Of a stretch of DNA of 64,000 nt, positions 35,537-45,964 are shown one piece after another; the first letter of the stretch is position 1, and the number at the start of each line of letters is the position of its first letter. Where the stretch lies: assembly GCA_039588295.1 (NCBI GenBank), contig JBDHAB010000006.1, forward strand, positions 128,001-192,000, read 5' to 3'. The notes below the pieces were generated by a model. It saw nothing but the letters and a program-made list of their open reading frames with translations. It ran no database searches and was not told the origin of the DNA. Made by a program: the position numbers and the translations under genes. This DNA comes from Gemmatimonadota bacterium (GTDB lineage Bacteria; Gemmatimonadota; Gemmatimonadetes; Gemmatimonadales; GWC2-71-9).

Positions 35537-37632
35537 TGGGCTTCTCGTTTCTGGCCCCCCTCTTCCTCGCGGGACTCGCGGCGCTCGCGATCCCGGTGCT
35601 GATCCATCTGACGCATCGCGAGCGCCGGAACGCGATTCGGTTTCCCTCCCTCATGTTCTTGCGGAAGGTGCCGTACCGCACCGTGCGGCGGCAGCGTATT
35701 CGACACTGGCTGTTGTTTCTGCTCCGCGCGGCCGCCATCGCGCTCTTGGTGGCGGCCTTCGCCCGACCACTACTCGACCGGGTCGCCCTGGGCACGACAA
35801 CACTTGGCAGCGCGCGTGAGGTCGTCATCCTCGTGGACCGATCGTATTCCATGGGATACGGCGATCGTTGGGACCGTGCCCTTGATGCGGCACGAGCTAC
35901 GGTGGACGGACTCGGTCCCGAAGATCGAGCGACCATCGTGTTCTTTGCCGACGGCGCCGAAGCGGCCAACCTGCGAAGTGCCGATCGCGCGGCGCTCCGG
36001 GCGCTGTTGGATGGTGCGGACGTCGGCACAGGTGGCACGCAGTTCGGCCCTGCGCTGCAGATGGCGGGGGACATCCTCGAGCGCTCAGACCTGCCGCGCC
36101 GCGAGGCCGTGCTCATCACGGACTTTCAGCGCGCCGGATGGAATGTCGGGCTCGACACACGTCTTCCGAATGGAACCGTGCTGACGCCCATCGACCTCTC
36201 AGATGCGTCGCCCGAGAATGTGGCGACGACCAACGTGCTTCTGGAGCGAGTGCTCGAGTCAGGCCGTCATCGGCTTGCGGTAGCAGCGCGAATTGTGGCG
36301 TTTGGGACCGCTGCCGAGGACCTTCCGGTGACGCTGGAACTCGATGGCGTGGACGTCGAGACTCGGACGGTGCGCCTCGCGGCCGACGGCTCGGCGACCG
36401 TGAGGTTTGCGCCGGTCACGGTGCCCGATCGGGTTACCCGAGGGCGCGTGCGGATCGCGCGGGATGCGCTCCCGCAGGACGACGTCTACCACTTCACCGT
36501 GGCCCCCGTTGAGGCGTTGCCAACCCTCATCGTGCAGCACACCGCTGCTCCGGCAAGCGATCTCGTCTATTTGCGGCAGGCGCTCTCGATCGGCAGGGAT
36601 CCGCCGTTCGACGTCCGAGTGCGACGTGTCTCCGGAATCGGGCCGAACGATCTGGAGGACGTCGCGATGGTGATTCTCGCCGACGCACCCTACCCGCGTG
36701 GTGCCGTCGGGCGCCAACTCGTGGAATTCGTTCATCAAGGCGGTGGGTTGTTGGTTGTGTTGGGCCGGCGCAGCAACGCGAATGCTTGGACGGCGGAAGC
36801 AGCCACGGCGCTCGGATTCACGCCGGGCCCCGTCGTCGACCGTTTGGGGGGACGTGGTGCAACGTTCAGCGTTTCCGACTACAACCACCCCGTGTTCGCT
36901 CCGTTCAGCGCGCCACGCAGCGGGGATTTCTCTGCCTCGCGGTTCTTTCGCTACCGTCGCTGGGAGCCTGCAGCTACCGTGGCCGTGCTGGCCCGGTTCG
37001 ATGACGGTGCCGTAGCGCTCGGCGAGATGCAGATCGGCCAGGGCCGGGTCTTGGTATGGAGTTCCGGGCTTGCCAATCTCTGGAACAACCTGCCGGTACA
37101 GCCGGTGTTCTTGCCGTTCCTCCATGAGGTGGTGCGGTTCCTCGCCCACTATCGTCCAAGCCCCTCGTGGCGCACGGCGGGGCACGTCCTCGATCTCAGC
37201 GACGATCCGGTGGCACGCCCGTGGGGACCGTCCACACCGCTCGTGCCCGATGGCGGGGAGCTGATTGTGGAGTCGCCGTCAGGTGAACGGTTCGCTCACG
37301 AGTCCGACGGCACCCAAGACGCGTTGGCGTTGAGCGAACAAGGGTTTTACCTGCTGCGGCGCCTCGGGGACGATGGGGACGGACCGCGAATCGTCGCGGT
37401 CAATGCCGATCGGGCGGAGTCGGATCTGACACGGCTCGATCCCGAGGAGTTCGTTGGGGCGATCGCTGCCCGGGATGGGGAGAGTGGTGGATCTCCCGAC
37501 TTCGCCGCCATGCTCACCGCGGCCGAAAAGGAACGCCGACAGGGCCTCTGGTGGTATCTCTTAATTGCCGTCCTGTTCGTGTTGCTGGCCGAAACGACCG
37601 TCGCACATCGTTTCTCGCGGGCGCGACCCTAG
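35536..37632 (+). CDS. BatA N-terminal double-transmembrane plus vWA domain protein
   Basis: IPVLIHL, FPSLMFL, AFARP, MIDAS VDRSYSM, ITDFQ, VN..R.ESDL, C-terminal transmembrane helix. Confidence 0.85.
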   Translation: MGFSFLAPLFLAGLAALAIPVLIHLTHRERRNAIRFPSLMFLRKVPYRTVRRQRIRHWLLFLLRAAAIALLVAAFARPLLDRVALGTTTLGSAREVVILVDRSYSMGYGDRWDRALDAARATVDGLGPEDRATIVFFADGAEAANLRSADRAALRALLDGADVGTGGTQFGPALQMAGDILERSDLPRREAVLITDFQRAGWNVGLDTRLPNGTVLTPIDLSDASPENVATTNVLLERVLESGRHRLAVAARIVAFGTAAEDLPVTLELDGVDVETRTVRLAADGSATVRFAPVTVPDRVTRGRVRIARDALPQDDVYHFTVAPVEALPTLIVQHTAAPASDLVYLRQALSIGRDPPFDVRVRRVSGIGPNDLEDVAMVILADAPYPRGAVGRQLVEFVHQGGGLLVVLGRRSNANAWTAEAATALGFTPGPVVDRLGGRGATFSVSDYNHPVFAPFSAPRSGDFSASRFFRYRRWEPAATVAVLARFDDGAVALGEMQIGQGRVLVWSSGLANLWNNLPVQPVFLPFLHEVVRFLAHYRPSPSWRTAGHVLDLSDDPVARPWGPSTPLVPDGGELIVESPSGERFAHESDGTQDALALSEQGFYLLRRLGDDGDGPRIVAVNADRAESDLTRLDPEEFVGAIAARDGESGGSPDFAAMLTAAEKERRQGLWWYLLIAVLFVLLAETTVAHRFSRARP

Positions 37633-37650
37633 AACCCACGGGGAGATCTG

Positions 37651-40600
37651 ATGCAGAGCTTGTTTGCCTCCCAACCCATGCCGGCATCATCCGATCGCGA
37701 CGCGCTGCTCCGGGTCATTCGTTCCGTACGGAACCGCTGGCGGCTGCGCGTGGCCCTTCGCGGGCTCGCGATCCTGCTGGCGATCGGGTTGGCGATCTTC
37801 CTGATCTCCGCGTTCGGGCTGGATCGGCTGCGTTTCACGCCAACGGCCGTGCTGGTGTTTCGCATCTTCGCGTACACATCGGCGGCAGCGGTTGCTGTGC
37901 GCTACCTGTTCCTTCCGCTGCTCCGCCGCGTGGCGGCCGAGCGTGTCGCACTGTATCTCGAAGAGCACGAGCCCACCTTGCAGGGTCAGGTGGTGAGCGC
38001 GGTGGAATTCGGTTGTGACGACGCGGATACGGAGCCGTCAGTGCACTCACCCAGGTTGATTCAACGGCTGGTGGAACGCGCCATCGAGAGCTGCGCGGCA
38101 ATCGATTACGGCCGGCGGGTGGAGCAGCCACGGCTCGCACGCACCTCTGGAGCACTCGTGGGAGTGACGCTGGTGAGTGCGTTGGTGTTGCTCCTCCGCC
38201 CGGGCTTCATCGGCCACAGTGCCGCGTTTCTCCTGACCCCGTGGAGTACCGGTCTGGGCGATAGCCCGTACCACATCGCGGTCGTTCCCGGTGATGCCAC
38301 GCTCCCTCGAGGCGCGGATCTCAAGGTGACGGCCGAGCTTCAGAACTTCGACGCGGAGATCGTCGAAATCGCCCTGCGGGGGGGGGACGTGGAGCAGTGG
38401 GAGCGCTGGCCCATGACGGTCGACGACGACACCGGCGCATTGACGTTCCTCGTGTTCAACGTGGCCGAGGATACAGAGTACCTGATCGAGGCCGCAGGCG
38501 TGCGCTCATCCGTGTTCCGCGTCGAAGTCCGCGATCTCCCGTACGTGGATCGCATTGACCTCAAGTACCATTTCCCAGCGTACACGGGTCTCGAGCCGCA
38601 ACGGCATGAGGATGGTGGAGACATTGCGGCGCTCGCGGGCACGCGTGTCGTCATGACGGTCGTGGCGACGATGCCGGTCGAAGGCGGCACCTTGGTGATC
38701 GACGATCGCGATACGATTCCGTTGGAGTTGATCGGCGACGCGCTGCTGGCTGGCGAGCTCGAAGTCCGACAGGAGGGGCTGTACCACGTAGTGCTGCCGG
38801 GTCCCGGTGGTGAAGGCGTGGTGGCTTCGCCAGACTATTACATCGACGTGCTCGAGGACCAGCCGCCGGCCGTCCGGTTCACGAAGCCGGGCCGCGACAT
38901 CAAGGTGACGAACATCGACGAGGTGTTCCTCGAAGTGGAAGCGGAAGACGACTACGGAATCGACCGTGTCGAACTCGTGTATTCCGTGAACGGAGGTCCC
39001 GAGCGGTCGGTTCGACTCCACGGGCGCCGTCCGCGGAAGCAGGTGACAGCCGGGCACACGTTCTACCTGGAAGAGATCGAGCTTCAGCCCGGGGACTTTC
39101 TGTCGTACTTCGCTCGCGCGCGTGATGCGAACGCCGTCGGCGGGCGGCAGTTGGCCACGACCGACATCTACTTCATGGAGATCCGGCCGTTCGATCAGCG
39201 GTACCGACAGGCCGAGTCCCAGGGCGGGCAGCGTGGCGACGGTGGTCCCAACGTCGGGGAGTTGTCGACCCGGCAACGGCAGATCGTTGCTGCCACGTTC
39301 AAGATCGTGCGTGACTCCAACCAGTATGCTGACGAGGAAATCCGCGAGAACCTCGCCACGCTGGCGCTGGCGCAGGGACGGCTGCGCGAGGAGGTCCAGA
39401 CACTGGTGGACCGGATCCAGGCACGGCGGGTGGTCGAGCTCGACTCGACATTCCAGACCGTCGCGGAAGCACTCCCGCTCGCTGTACGCGAAATGGAATC
39501 GTCCGAGCAACGGCTCGGCGAGCGGAAGCCGCAAGAAGCACTGGGCCCGGAACAACGAGCCCTGCAATACCTGCAGCGAGCCGAGGCGGCGTTCCGGGAA
39601 CGCATGGTGACGCAGGGGGGCAACCAGCAGGGTGGTGGTGGCCAGTCCGCGAGCGCCGAGGAGTTGGCCGACCTCTTCGATCTCGAGCTAGACAAGCTAC
39701 GCAACCAGTACGAGAGCGTAGACCGCGGTGAGCGGCAGCAGGCGAACCAGCAGGTCGATGAGGTGCTCGAGAAGTTACGGGAACTCGCGCGGCGCCAGCA
39801 GCAGGAGAACGAGCGGATGCGGGCGGGTGCTCAGAATCCGAACGCCACCGCGGGCGGGGGGAACTCGAACTCACAGCGCCGGCTTGCCGAAGAGGCAGAG
39901 CAGGCCGCGCGCCAGCTCGAACGGCTGTCGCGCGAGCAATCGCGCCCGGAACTCGAGGAATCGGCGCGCCGTATTCGTGATGCCGTCAATGCCATGCGGC
40001 GTGCGGCGTCCGAAGGTGCCGACGGCACCGCGCGGGGGCAGTCCGCGTTAGATCAATTGCGCGAAGCGCGGCGCCAGCTCGAGCGCAACCGGTCGGCGAG
40101 CCTGGAACGCGAGATTCGCGATGCGCTCCAGCGTGCCGAACGTCTCGCGGAACAGCAGCAGGACGTGGTCGATGATGTCGAGCGGCTTGACGCAAATCCC
40201 TCGGCTCGCGACGAACGGCTGCGGCGGCTCCTCGATCGCAAGAACGCGATGGCGGAGGAGGTGGAGGATCTCGAGTCACAGCTCACGGAGCTCGGAAGGG
40301 ACGCCCGCGAGGAGCAGCCGGAGGCGGCAGAGAAGATTCAGGACGCGGCACGCGGAATGAGAGATGCGCGCTTGGCGGACAAGATCCGGTTTTCCCGTGG
40401 GGTCGTACAGGGACGCTCCGGTGAGTACGCCCGCAACTTCGAGGAACAAATCGAGACCGATCTGGCGCAGCTGGAGCAAGGCATCCGCGACGCCCTCGGA
40501 TCGGTCGGTGAGTCTCGCGAGCAGCGGCTATCCCGTACGCTCGATCGCACGCGCGACTTGGTGAACGCGCTGGAATCTCTGGGTGAGCGGATGCGCGCGA

Positions 40601-41109
40601 ACGCCGAGCAGGGGGAGCTGAAGGAAGATCGTAGGTTGCAGCAGCGGGCGGACGAAGGCGAACAGCAACAAGGGGCGGAGTCGGCACGGCAGGGTCAGGG
40701 TGGGGAGCCTCGCGGGACTCCGGGTGGACCCCCACGTGGCGGAACACCGGGACAAATCACGCCCGATGCGGAGCGGCAGTTCGGCCGCGAGCTGAACGAG
40801 CGCCGGAGCGAGCTGGCGGAGCTTCGCCGTGAACTTCAGCGAGAGGGTGTCGACATTTCGCGGCTCGATGAGGTCATGCGCACACTTGGCGCCATGGACA
40901 ACCGTGGACCGATGGGTGACGCGAGAGGGTTGGCGGAACTCGAGTCCGCGGTGATCGCAAGTCTCAAGGAATTTGAGTACGCCTTGCGGCGACAGATCGC
41001 CGGCGCCGAGGGCGAGCGGCTGTTCTTATCCGGGTCGGACGATGTGCCGGTGGAATATCGCGAGCTAGTGGAGGAATACTACAGGTCGCTATCGCGGAAT
41101 CGCCGGTAG
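37651..41109 (+). CDS. DUF4175-like large membrane-anchored Ig-like/coiled-coil protein
   Basis: N-terminal transmembrane helices, P.YTGL, D.PP.V, A.DDYGI, long Q/E/R-rich coiled coils, C-terminal VP.EYR.LVEEYYRSL. Confidence 0.75.
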   Translation: MQSLFASQPMPASSDRDALLRVIRSVRNRWRLRVALRGLAILLAIGLAIFLISAFGLDRLRFTPTAVLVFRIFAYTSAAAVAVRYLFLPLLRRVAAERVALYLEEHEPTLQGQVVSAVEFGCDDADTEPSVHSPRLIQRLVERAIESCAAIDYGRRVEQPRLARTSGALVGVTLVSALVLLLRPGFIGHSAAFLLTPWSTGLGDSPYHIAVVPGDATLPRGADLKVTAELQNFDAEIVEIALRGGDVEQWERWPMTVDDDTGALTFLVFNVAEDTEYLIEAAGVRSSVFRVEVRDLPYVDRIDLKYHFPAYTGLEPQRHEDGGDIAALAGTRVVMTVVATMPVEGGTLVIDDRDTIPLELIGDALLAGELEVRQEGLYHVVLPGPGGEGVVASPDYYIDVLEDQPPAVRFTKPGRDIKVTNIDEVFLEVEAEDDYGIDRVELVYSVNGGPERSVRLHGRRPRKQVTAGHTFYLEEIELQPGDFLSYFARARDANAVGGRQLATTDIYFMEIRPFDQRYRQAESQGGQRGDGGPNVGELSTRQRQIVAATFKIVRDSNQYADEEIRENLATLALAQGRLREEVQTLVDRIQARRVVELDSTFQTVAEALPLAVREMESSEQRLGERKPQEALGPEQRALQYLQRAEAAFRERMVTQGGNQQGGGGQSASAEELADLFDLELDKLRNQYESVDRGERQQANQQVDEVLEKLRELARRQQQENERMRAGAQNPNATAGGGNSNSQRRLAEEAEQAARQLERLSREQSRPELEESARRIRDAVNAMRRAASEGADGTARGQSALDQLREARRQLERNRSASLEREIRDALQRAERLAEQQQDVVDDVERLDANPSARDERLRRLLDRKNAMAEEVEDLESQLTELGRDAREEQPEAAEKIQDAARGMRDARLADKIRFSRGVVQGRSGEYARNFEEQIETDLAQLEQGIRDALGSVGESREQRLSRTLDRTRDLVNALESLGERMRANAEQGELKEDRRLQQRADEGEQQQGAESARQGQGGEPRGTPGGPPRGGTPGQITPDAERQFGRELNERRSELAELRRELQREGVDISRLDEVMRTLGAMDNRGPMGDARGLAELESAVIASLKEFEYALRRQIAGAEGERLFLSGSDDVPVEYRELVEEYYRSLSRNRR

Positions 41110-41236
41110 CGTCGCCACCATCCGCTCCGCGGCGTCCGCGGTAATCGCGGAAGTGGTCAACCCCTGAGCCGAGTGGGGCGGTGCGGACGTCGGCGCTCGC
41201 ATCTCCCCTCGTGCGGCTCCATCTTTCTTCGTCAGC

Positions 41237-42850
41237 ATGGCAACGCAGCTGGAGCGCCTCAACGCGGCCCTCACCGGCCGCTATGTGTTGGTGCGGGAGT
41301 CGGGCAGGGGAGGCATGGCCACCGTGTTTCTCGCCCACGACCCGAAGCACGAGCGGCAGGTTGCCATCAAGGTGCTGCGACCCGATCTCGCGGCCTCGCT
41401 GGGGACCACGCGGTTTCTCAAGGAAATCGAGATCGCCGCCCGGCTCACCCACCCGCACATCGTACCGCTGTACGACTCCGGTGAAGCCGACAGTTTTCTC
41501 TACTACGTGATGCCGTTCATCGAGGGCGAGTCGTTACGCGGCCTGCTCAACCGCGAACGGCAGATCGAGCTTCGTGCGGTCGTGGCGATCACCGTCCAGG
41601 TGGCTGATGCGCTGAGCTACGCGCATCGAATGGGAGTGCTCCACCGAGACGTCAAGCCCGAGAACATTCTGCTCTCGGAAGGACATGCGTTCGTCACCGA
41701 TTTTGGCATTGCCAAGGCCGTGAGTTCCGCCGGCGGCGCCAACCTCACACGCACGGGCTTCGCGCTCGGCACCCCCGGATACATGAGCCCCGAGCAAGCG
41801 GCGGGGTCGCGGACGGTAGACGCCAGGACCGATGTGTACGGGCTCGCCGGGGTGCTCTATGAAATGCTGGTCGGCGAGACCCTCGACATGTGGCTCACGG
41901 AGGAAGCGGTCCGCCTGGGGAGGTTCATCGACGCGGCGGTTGGGCACCGCGCGCGGCTGGATAAGCTTCCCGGTCGGCTGGAGCAGGTTCTTGCCAGGGC
42001 GCTCGCGATGCGACCGACCGAACGGTTCGCAACCGCGGCGGGGTTTGCCGACGCCGTGGTTGCGGCTGCCGAACACGGTGGTCGTCGGTACAGCGACGCC
42101 GAGTTGCGTGACATCGTGGGCCGTGCGGCGGATTTGCAGGCGGCACAGCCGACGGAGGAGGGCTTCCTGTCGATCGGCGGTGTCGAACAAGTGGCCGCGC
42201 AGGTTGGCATCCCTCCAGCACATGTTCGCGAAGCACTGCAGGAGATGGAGCCGGCACCCGACCCCGGGGTGCTGCCCTCGGTGCCAATGGCCCCGCGCAC
42301 GCCCCCCTCACCTCCGACGCTCTACGGGCTCCCCACGACGTTGCGGTACGACCGGACCGTGAGCCATGAGATGTCCGAGACCGCGCTCGCAGTGATGGTA
42401 GATGAGGTGCAAGCGAGCTTGGGCATGGTGGGACGGGTGGCGCCGTTGGGAGGAGCCGTGACGTGGACGAACACGCGGCAGGGGGGCAGTACCGACCGCA
42501 TGGTTCAGGTAACCATCACGCCTCAGGGAGGGGGCACGTCCATTCGCGTCGAAGAGCAACTCGGTCCGCTGAGCGGCCGGATGACCGGCACCATAAGCGG
42601 TGGCATCGGCGGTCTGCTGCTCGGATTCTCCTTCGGCCTCGGGTTCGGCACTCCGGATGCTGGGACGTTCTTCGCCTTGGTGTTCGGGGCAATGGGATCG
42701 TACTTCGGATCACGCTCGATCTACATGCACGCGAGGATGCAACGCGAGCGGCAGCTCGAAACGCTCGCGGATCGCTTGGCAGCGCTCGTAGCACCGCAAC
42801 CAGCCGGTGCAAACAGCGGCGCAGGTGAGTCCCAGGCGATCTTGCCGTAA
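41237..42850 (+). CDS. Hanks-type Ser/Thr protein kinase with C-terminal membrane domain
   Basis: GRGGMATV, VAIK, HRDVKPEN, DFG, GTPGYMSPEQ, Gly-rich transmembrane pair near the C-terminus. Confidence 0.92.
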   Translation: MATQLERLNAALTGRYVLVRESGRGGMATVFLAHDPKHERQVAIKVLRPDLAASLGTTRFLKEIEIAARLTHPHIVPLYDSGEADSFLYYVMPFIEGESLRGLLNRERQIELRAVVAITVQVADALSYAHRMGVLHRDVKPENILLSEGHAFVTDFGIAKAVSSAGGANLTRTGFALGTPGYMSPEQAAGSRTVDARTDVYGLAGVLYEMLVGETLDMWLTEEAVRLGRFIDAAVGHRARLDKLPGRLEQVLARALAMRPTERFATAAGFADAVVAAAEHGGRRYSDAELRDIVGRAADLQAAQPTEEGFLSIGGVEQVAAQVGIPPAHVREALQEMEPAPDPGVLPSVPMAPRTPPSPPTLYGLPTTLRYDRTVSHEMSETALAVMVDEVQASLGMVGRVAPLGGAVTWTNTRQGGSTDRMVQVTITPQGGGTSIRVEEQLGPLSGRMTGTISGGIGGLLLGFSFGLGFGTPDAGTFFALVFGAMGSYFGSRSIYMHARMQRERQLETLADRLAALVAPQPAGANSGAGESQAILP

Positions 42851-42951
42851 TCTCAGGTGCCGCTTGCCACCGACGATCCGGGCCGGGCGGCGGTAGCGGG
42901 ACTCGCCAGAGCGGGTAGATTAGGTGGAGCACCGGAGGCAGGAGGACTTCG

Positions 42952-43443
42952 ATGGCACATAAGGTCGTAGCTCATTTCATCGATCATCAAGTCGTCAAGG
43001 GCACGAGTCTCGACGTGGATCCCGGAAAGCCGCACTGCCATGTGCGCACGGATGAAGGTGAGATCGTCGATGTCGATCTCTCGCAGGTCAAGGCGCTGTT
43101 CTTCGTCAAAGACTTGAATGGGAACTCCAAGTACGACGAGGTCAAGGATCCCGCGTCCGGAGATAACCGCCTTCGTGGGAGCACGTTGATTGACATTACG
43201 TTCGTCGACGGGGAGAAGCTCGGTGTGCTGACGAACCGGTATCCACCGAGAGGCGTCTTCTTCTTTGCGGTACCGATGGACCCCAAGAGCAACAACATCC
43301 GAATCCTCATCAACCGCGATGCCATTGCCTCCATGGACGCCAGGGATGCGCAAACGCCCGCCTCGCAGCCCCCCGCGCGGCCAAAGCGCACGAGTTGGGT
43401 CTTTGACGGGAAGGACATCAAGGAGGTCTTCCCGGAACGCTGA
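42952..43443 (+). CDS. Conserved hypothetical protein, DUF6982-like
   Basis: Strong AGGAGG RBS; KVV.HF.D..V.KG, KALFFVKD, F.DGE...G, P.D..SNN.RI. Family name recalled, not searched. Confidence 0.6.
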   Translation: MAHKVVAHFIDHQVVKGTSLDVDPGKPHCHVRTDEGEIVDVDLSQVKALFFVKDLNGNSKYDEVKDPASGDNRLRGSTLIDITFVDGEKLGVLTNRYPPRGVFFFAVPMDPKSNNIRILINRDAIASMDARDAQTPASQPPARPKRTSWVFDGKDIKEVFPER

Positions 43444-43539
43444 GTTCGAGCGGCGAGCCGACGCCGAACCACACATCGCGAACCCAGACGATCGTTGGGG
43501 AGGCGCCGTCGTGCAGTCTTGCCGCGCGAGTCGGACAAT

Positions 43540-45693
43540 ATGAGGGATCTGCTAGACTGGGTACGCGTCGCACTCGGGGACCAATACGCCATCGAGCGGG
43601 AGCTGGGTCGCGGCGGGACCGCCACCGTATACGTAGCAGAAGATCTCAAACACCGCAGAAAGGTCGCCCTCAAGGTCCTTCGGCCCGAACTGGCCGCCCT
43701 CCTCGGGTCGGATCGGTTCCTGCGCGAGATCGAGATCGCCGCCAAGTTACGCCACCCGCACATACTCCCGCTGTTCGACTCAGGTGAGATCGACGGTCTC
43801 CTCTACCAGGTCATGCCGTATGTGGAGGGTGCATCGCTACGAGAGCTGCTGGAACGGGAGAAGCGGCTGGCACTCGACGACGCGTTACGGATCACCCGTC
43901 AAGTTGCGGACGGGCTCGGGTACGCCCACTCACTTGGGATCGTGCACCGCGACGTCAAGCCGGAGAACATCCTGTTCGAGGCGGGACATGCGGTCGTCAC
44001 CGACTTCGGCATTGCTCGAGCCGTGAGCGAGGCGCGGGCCGACCGACTGACGGACACAGGCATCGTGGTGGGCACGCCGACCTACATGAGTCCGGAGCAA
44101 GCCGGCGGCGCGGAGGAGTTGGACGCGCGGAGTGATCTCTACAGTCTTGCCTGCGTGCTGTTCGAGATGCTGACTGGCGACCCGCCGTTCACCGCGTCCA
44201 CCGCCCAGGCGCTCGTCGCGCGCAAGTCGGTGGAGCCGCCGCCGAAGCTACGTGTGGTGCGGCCGGCCGTCCCAGAGAGCGTTGAGGCTGCGGTGGCGAG
44301 AGCACTGGCCACCCTGTCCGGTGATCGGTTCGCTACCGTCGGCGCGTTCGTCGGGGCGTTGACGGCTCCGGTACCGGCCGGCGGCGGTGGGGCACCCGTG
44401 TCGATCGCGGTCCTGCCCTTTGCCAATGTGAGCGCCGATTTGGAGAACGACTACCTGGGCGACGGCATCGCGGAGGAGATCACGAACGCGTTGACCAAGG
44501 TCCGGGCCCTGCGGGTGGCGTCCCGCACGTCCGCCTTCGCCTTCAAGCGACAGACTCTCGATATCCGCACCATCGGTCAGCAGCTCGGTGTGGCGACCGT
44601 GCTCGAAGGGAGCGTCCGCAGAGCGGGGAACCAGCTACGCATTACGGCACAGCTCGTCGACGTCGCCAACGGGTACCACCTCTGGTCGGAGCGGTACGAT
44701 AGAGAGATGGAAGACGTGTTCGTGATCGAAGACGAGATCGCCCGCAATATCGCCGGCGCCCTCAGCGTGATCCTCAGCGAAGAAGAGAAGCAGGTGCTCA
44801 AACGCGTTCCCACGAGCGACGTCAAGGCGTATGAGTTCTACCTCCGGGGTCGACAGTTCTTTGCTCAGGCTCGGAAGAAGAGCTTGGAGTATGCCCGTGA
44901 CATGTTCACTCGAGCGATCCAGCTGGACCCGGAGTACGCACTGGCCTACGCCGGTGTGGCCGATTCCTGCTCGATGCTCCACATGTACTATCCCTCGTCT
45001 GAGCCCGACACCGAGCTCGCGGATTCGGCGAGCCGCAAGGCACTCGAGTTGGGCCCTGAGCTGGCGGAGGCACATGCCTCTCGAGGGTTTGCGTTGTTTC
45101 AAATGCAGCGGCTCGAAGAAGCGGAGCGAGAATTCCGCGAGGCTATGGAGCTCGATCCAAAACAGTACGAGGCGCGCTACTTCTACGCGCGGACGTGCTT
45201 TCAGCAAGGAAGGTTCGAGCAGGCAGCCCAGCTCTTCGAGGCGGCAGCGCAGGCTCGGGAAGACTACCAGTCACGGTTCTTTGCGGCACAGTCGTACGCG
45301 GCCATGGGGCGCGAGGCGGAGGCCGAGTCGGCTTATCGCCGCGCCATGGACGTTGCCACGCAGCATCTCGAGTTGAATCCGGACGACCCCCGGGCGGCCA
45401 CGATGGTTGCCGTTTCCTATTGTCGGCTGGGCGAGCCAGAAAAGGGCTTGGAATGGGCGGAGCGGGCAACGGCCATCGACCCCGAGGATGCGGGCGTCCG
45501 CTACAACGTTGCATGCCTGTACTCACTCGAAGGGGAGACGGAGAAAGCCGTGGCCTGTCTCGAGGAGGCGGTGGAACGCGGATTCGGGAATGCCTCTTGG
45601 ATCGAGCACGATCCGGACCTCGATCCGGTGCGAGACCACCCGCGGTTCGCGGTGCTGCTCGAACGGGTGGCGAGTGGGGGAGAGCAGCCGTGA
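43540..45693 (+). CDS. Ser/Thr protein kinase with TolB-like and TPR domains
   Basis: HRDVKPEN, DFG, SIAVLPF.N, VASRTSAF, LEGSVR, LWSERYDR, TPR repeats, C-terminal DPDLD..R.HPRF. Confidence 0.92.
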   Translation: MRDLLDWVRVALGDQYAIERELGRGGTATVYVAEDLKHRRKVALKVLRPELAALLGSDRFLREIEIAAKLRHPHILPLFDSGEIDGLLYQVMPYVEGASLRELLEREKRLALDDALRITRQVADGLGYAHSLGIVHRDVKPENILFEAGHAVVTDFGIARAVSEARADRLTDTGIVVGTPTYMSPEQAGGAEELDARSDLYSLACVLFEMLTGDPPFTASTAQALVARKSVEPPPKLRVVRPAVPESVEAAVARALATLSGDRFATVGAFVGALTAPVPAGGGGAPVSIAVLPFANVSADLENDYLGDGIAEEITNALTKVRALRVASRTSAFAFKRQTLDIRTIGQQLGVATVLEGSVRRAGNQLRITAQLVDVANGYHLWSERYDREMEDVFVIEDEIARNIAGALSVILSEEEKQVLKRVPTSDVKAYEFYLRGRQFFAQARKKSLEYARDMFTRAIQLDPEYALAYAGVADSCSMLHMYYPSSEPDTELADSASRKALELGPELAEAHASRGFALFQMQRLEEAEREFREAMELDPKQYEARYFYARTCFQQGRFEQAAQLFEAAAQAREDYQSRFFAAQSYAAMGREAEAESAYRRAMDVATQHLELNPDDPRAATMVAVSYCRLGEPEKGLEWAERATAIDPEDAGVRYNVACLYSLEGETEKAVACLEEAVERGFGNASWIEHDPDLDPVRDHPRFAVLLERVASGGEQP

Positions 45694-45703
45694 TGTCGGG
45701 AGC

Positions 45704-45964
45704 ATGTCGGCGCGCATGACGACTTCGCGGCGAACCCGCCTCACACTGGTCGTCGCATGGCTCGTCTGCCCGCTTGCCGCGTGGTCGATCCTCATTGGTG
45801 GCGGTGCCTTCGCCGCCTCGCTCGCTCGGCGAGCCCAGCCGTCGGGGTGGGAGCCCGTTGCCGTGGTGGTGATCGCCTTCCTGTTTGCGCTCGCCTTGCT
45901 GCTCGCTCCGTTTCTGTTAACCTGGAGGCGATGTTGGCCAGTTCGTCGGGAGGACGTGACCTGA
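45704..45964 (+). CDS. Small two-helix membrane protein
   Basis: GGAG before ATG, two hydrophobic stretches, directly after the kinase. Confidence 0.45.
   Translation: MSARMTTSRRTRLTLVVAWLVCPLAAWSILIGGGAFAASLARRAQPSGWEPVAVVVIAFLFALALLLAPFLLTWRRCWPVRREDVT

Noticed and set aside
38378..38386. G9 homopolymer in the DUF4175-like gene as a phase-variation tract
   Set aside because: In frame (Arg-Gly-Gly-Asp) and unremarkable at this GC content; no evidence of length variation.
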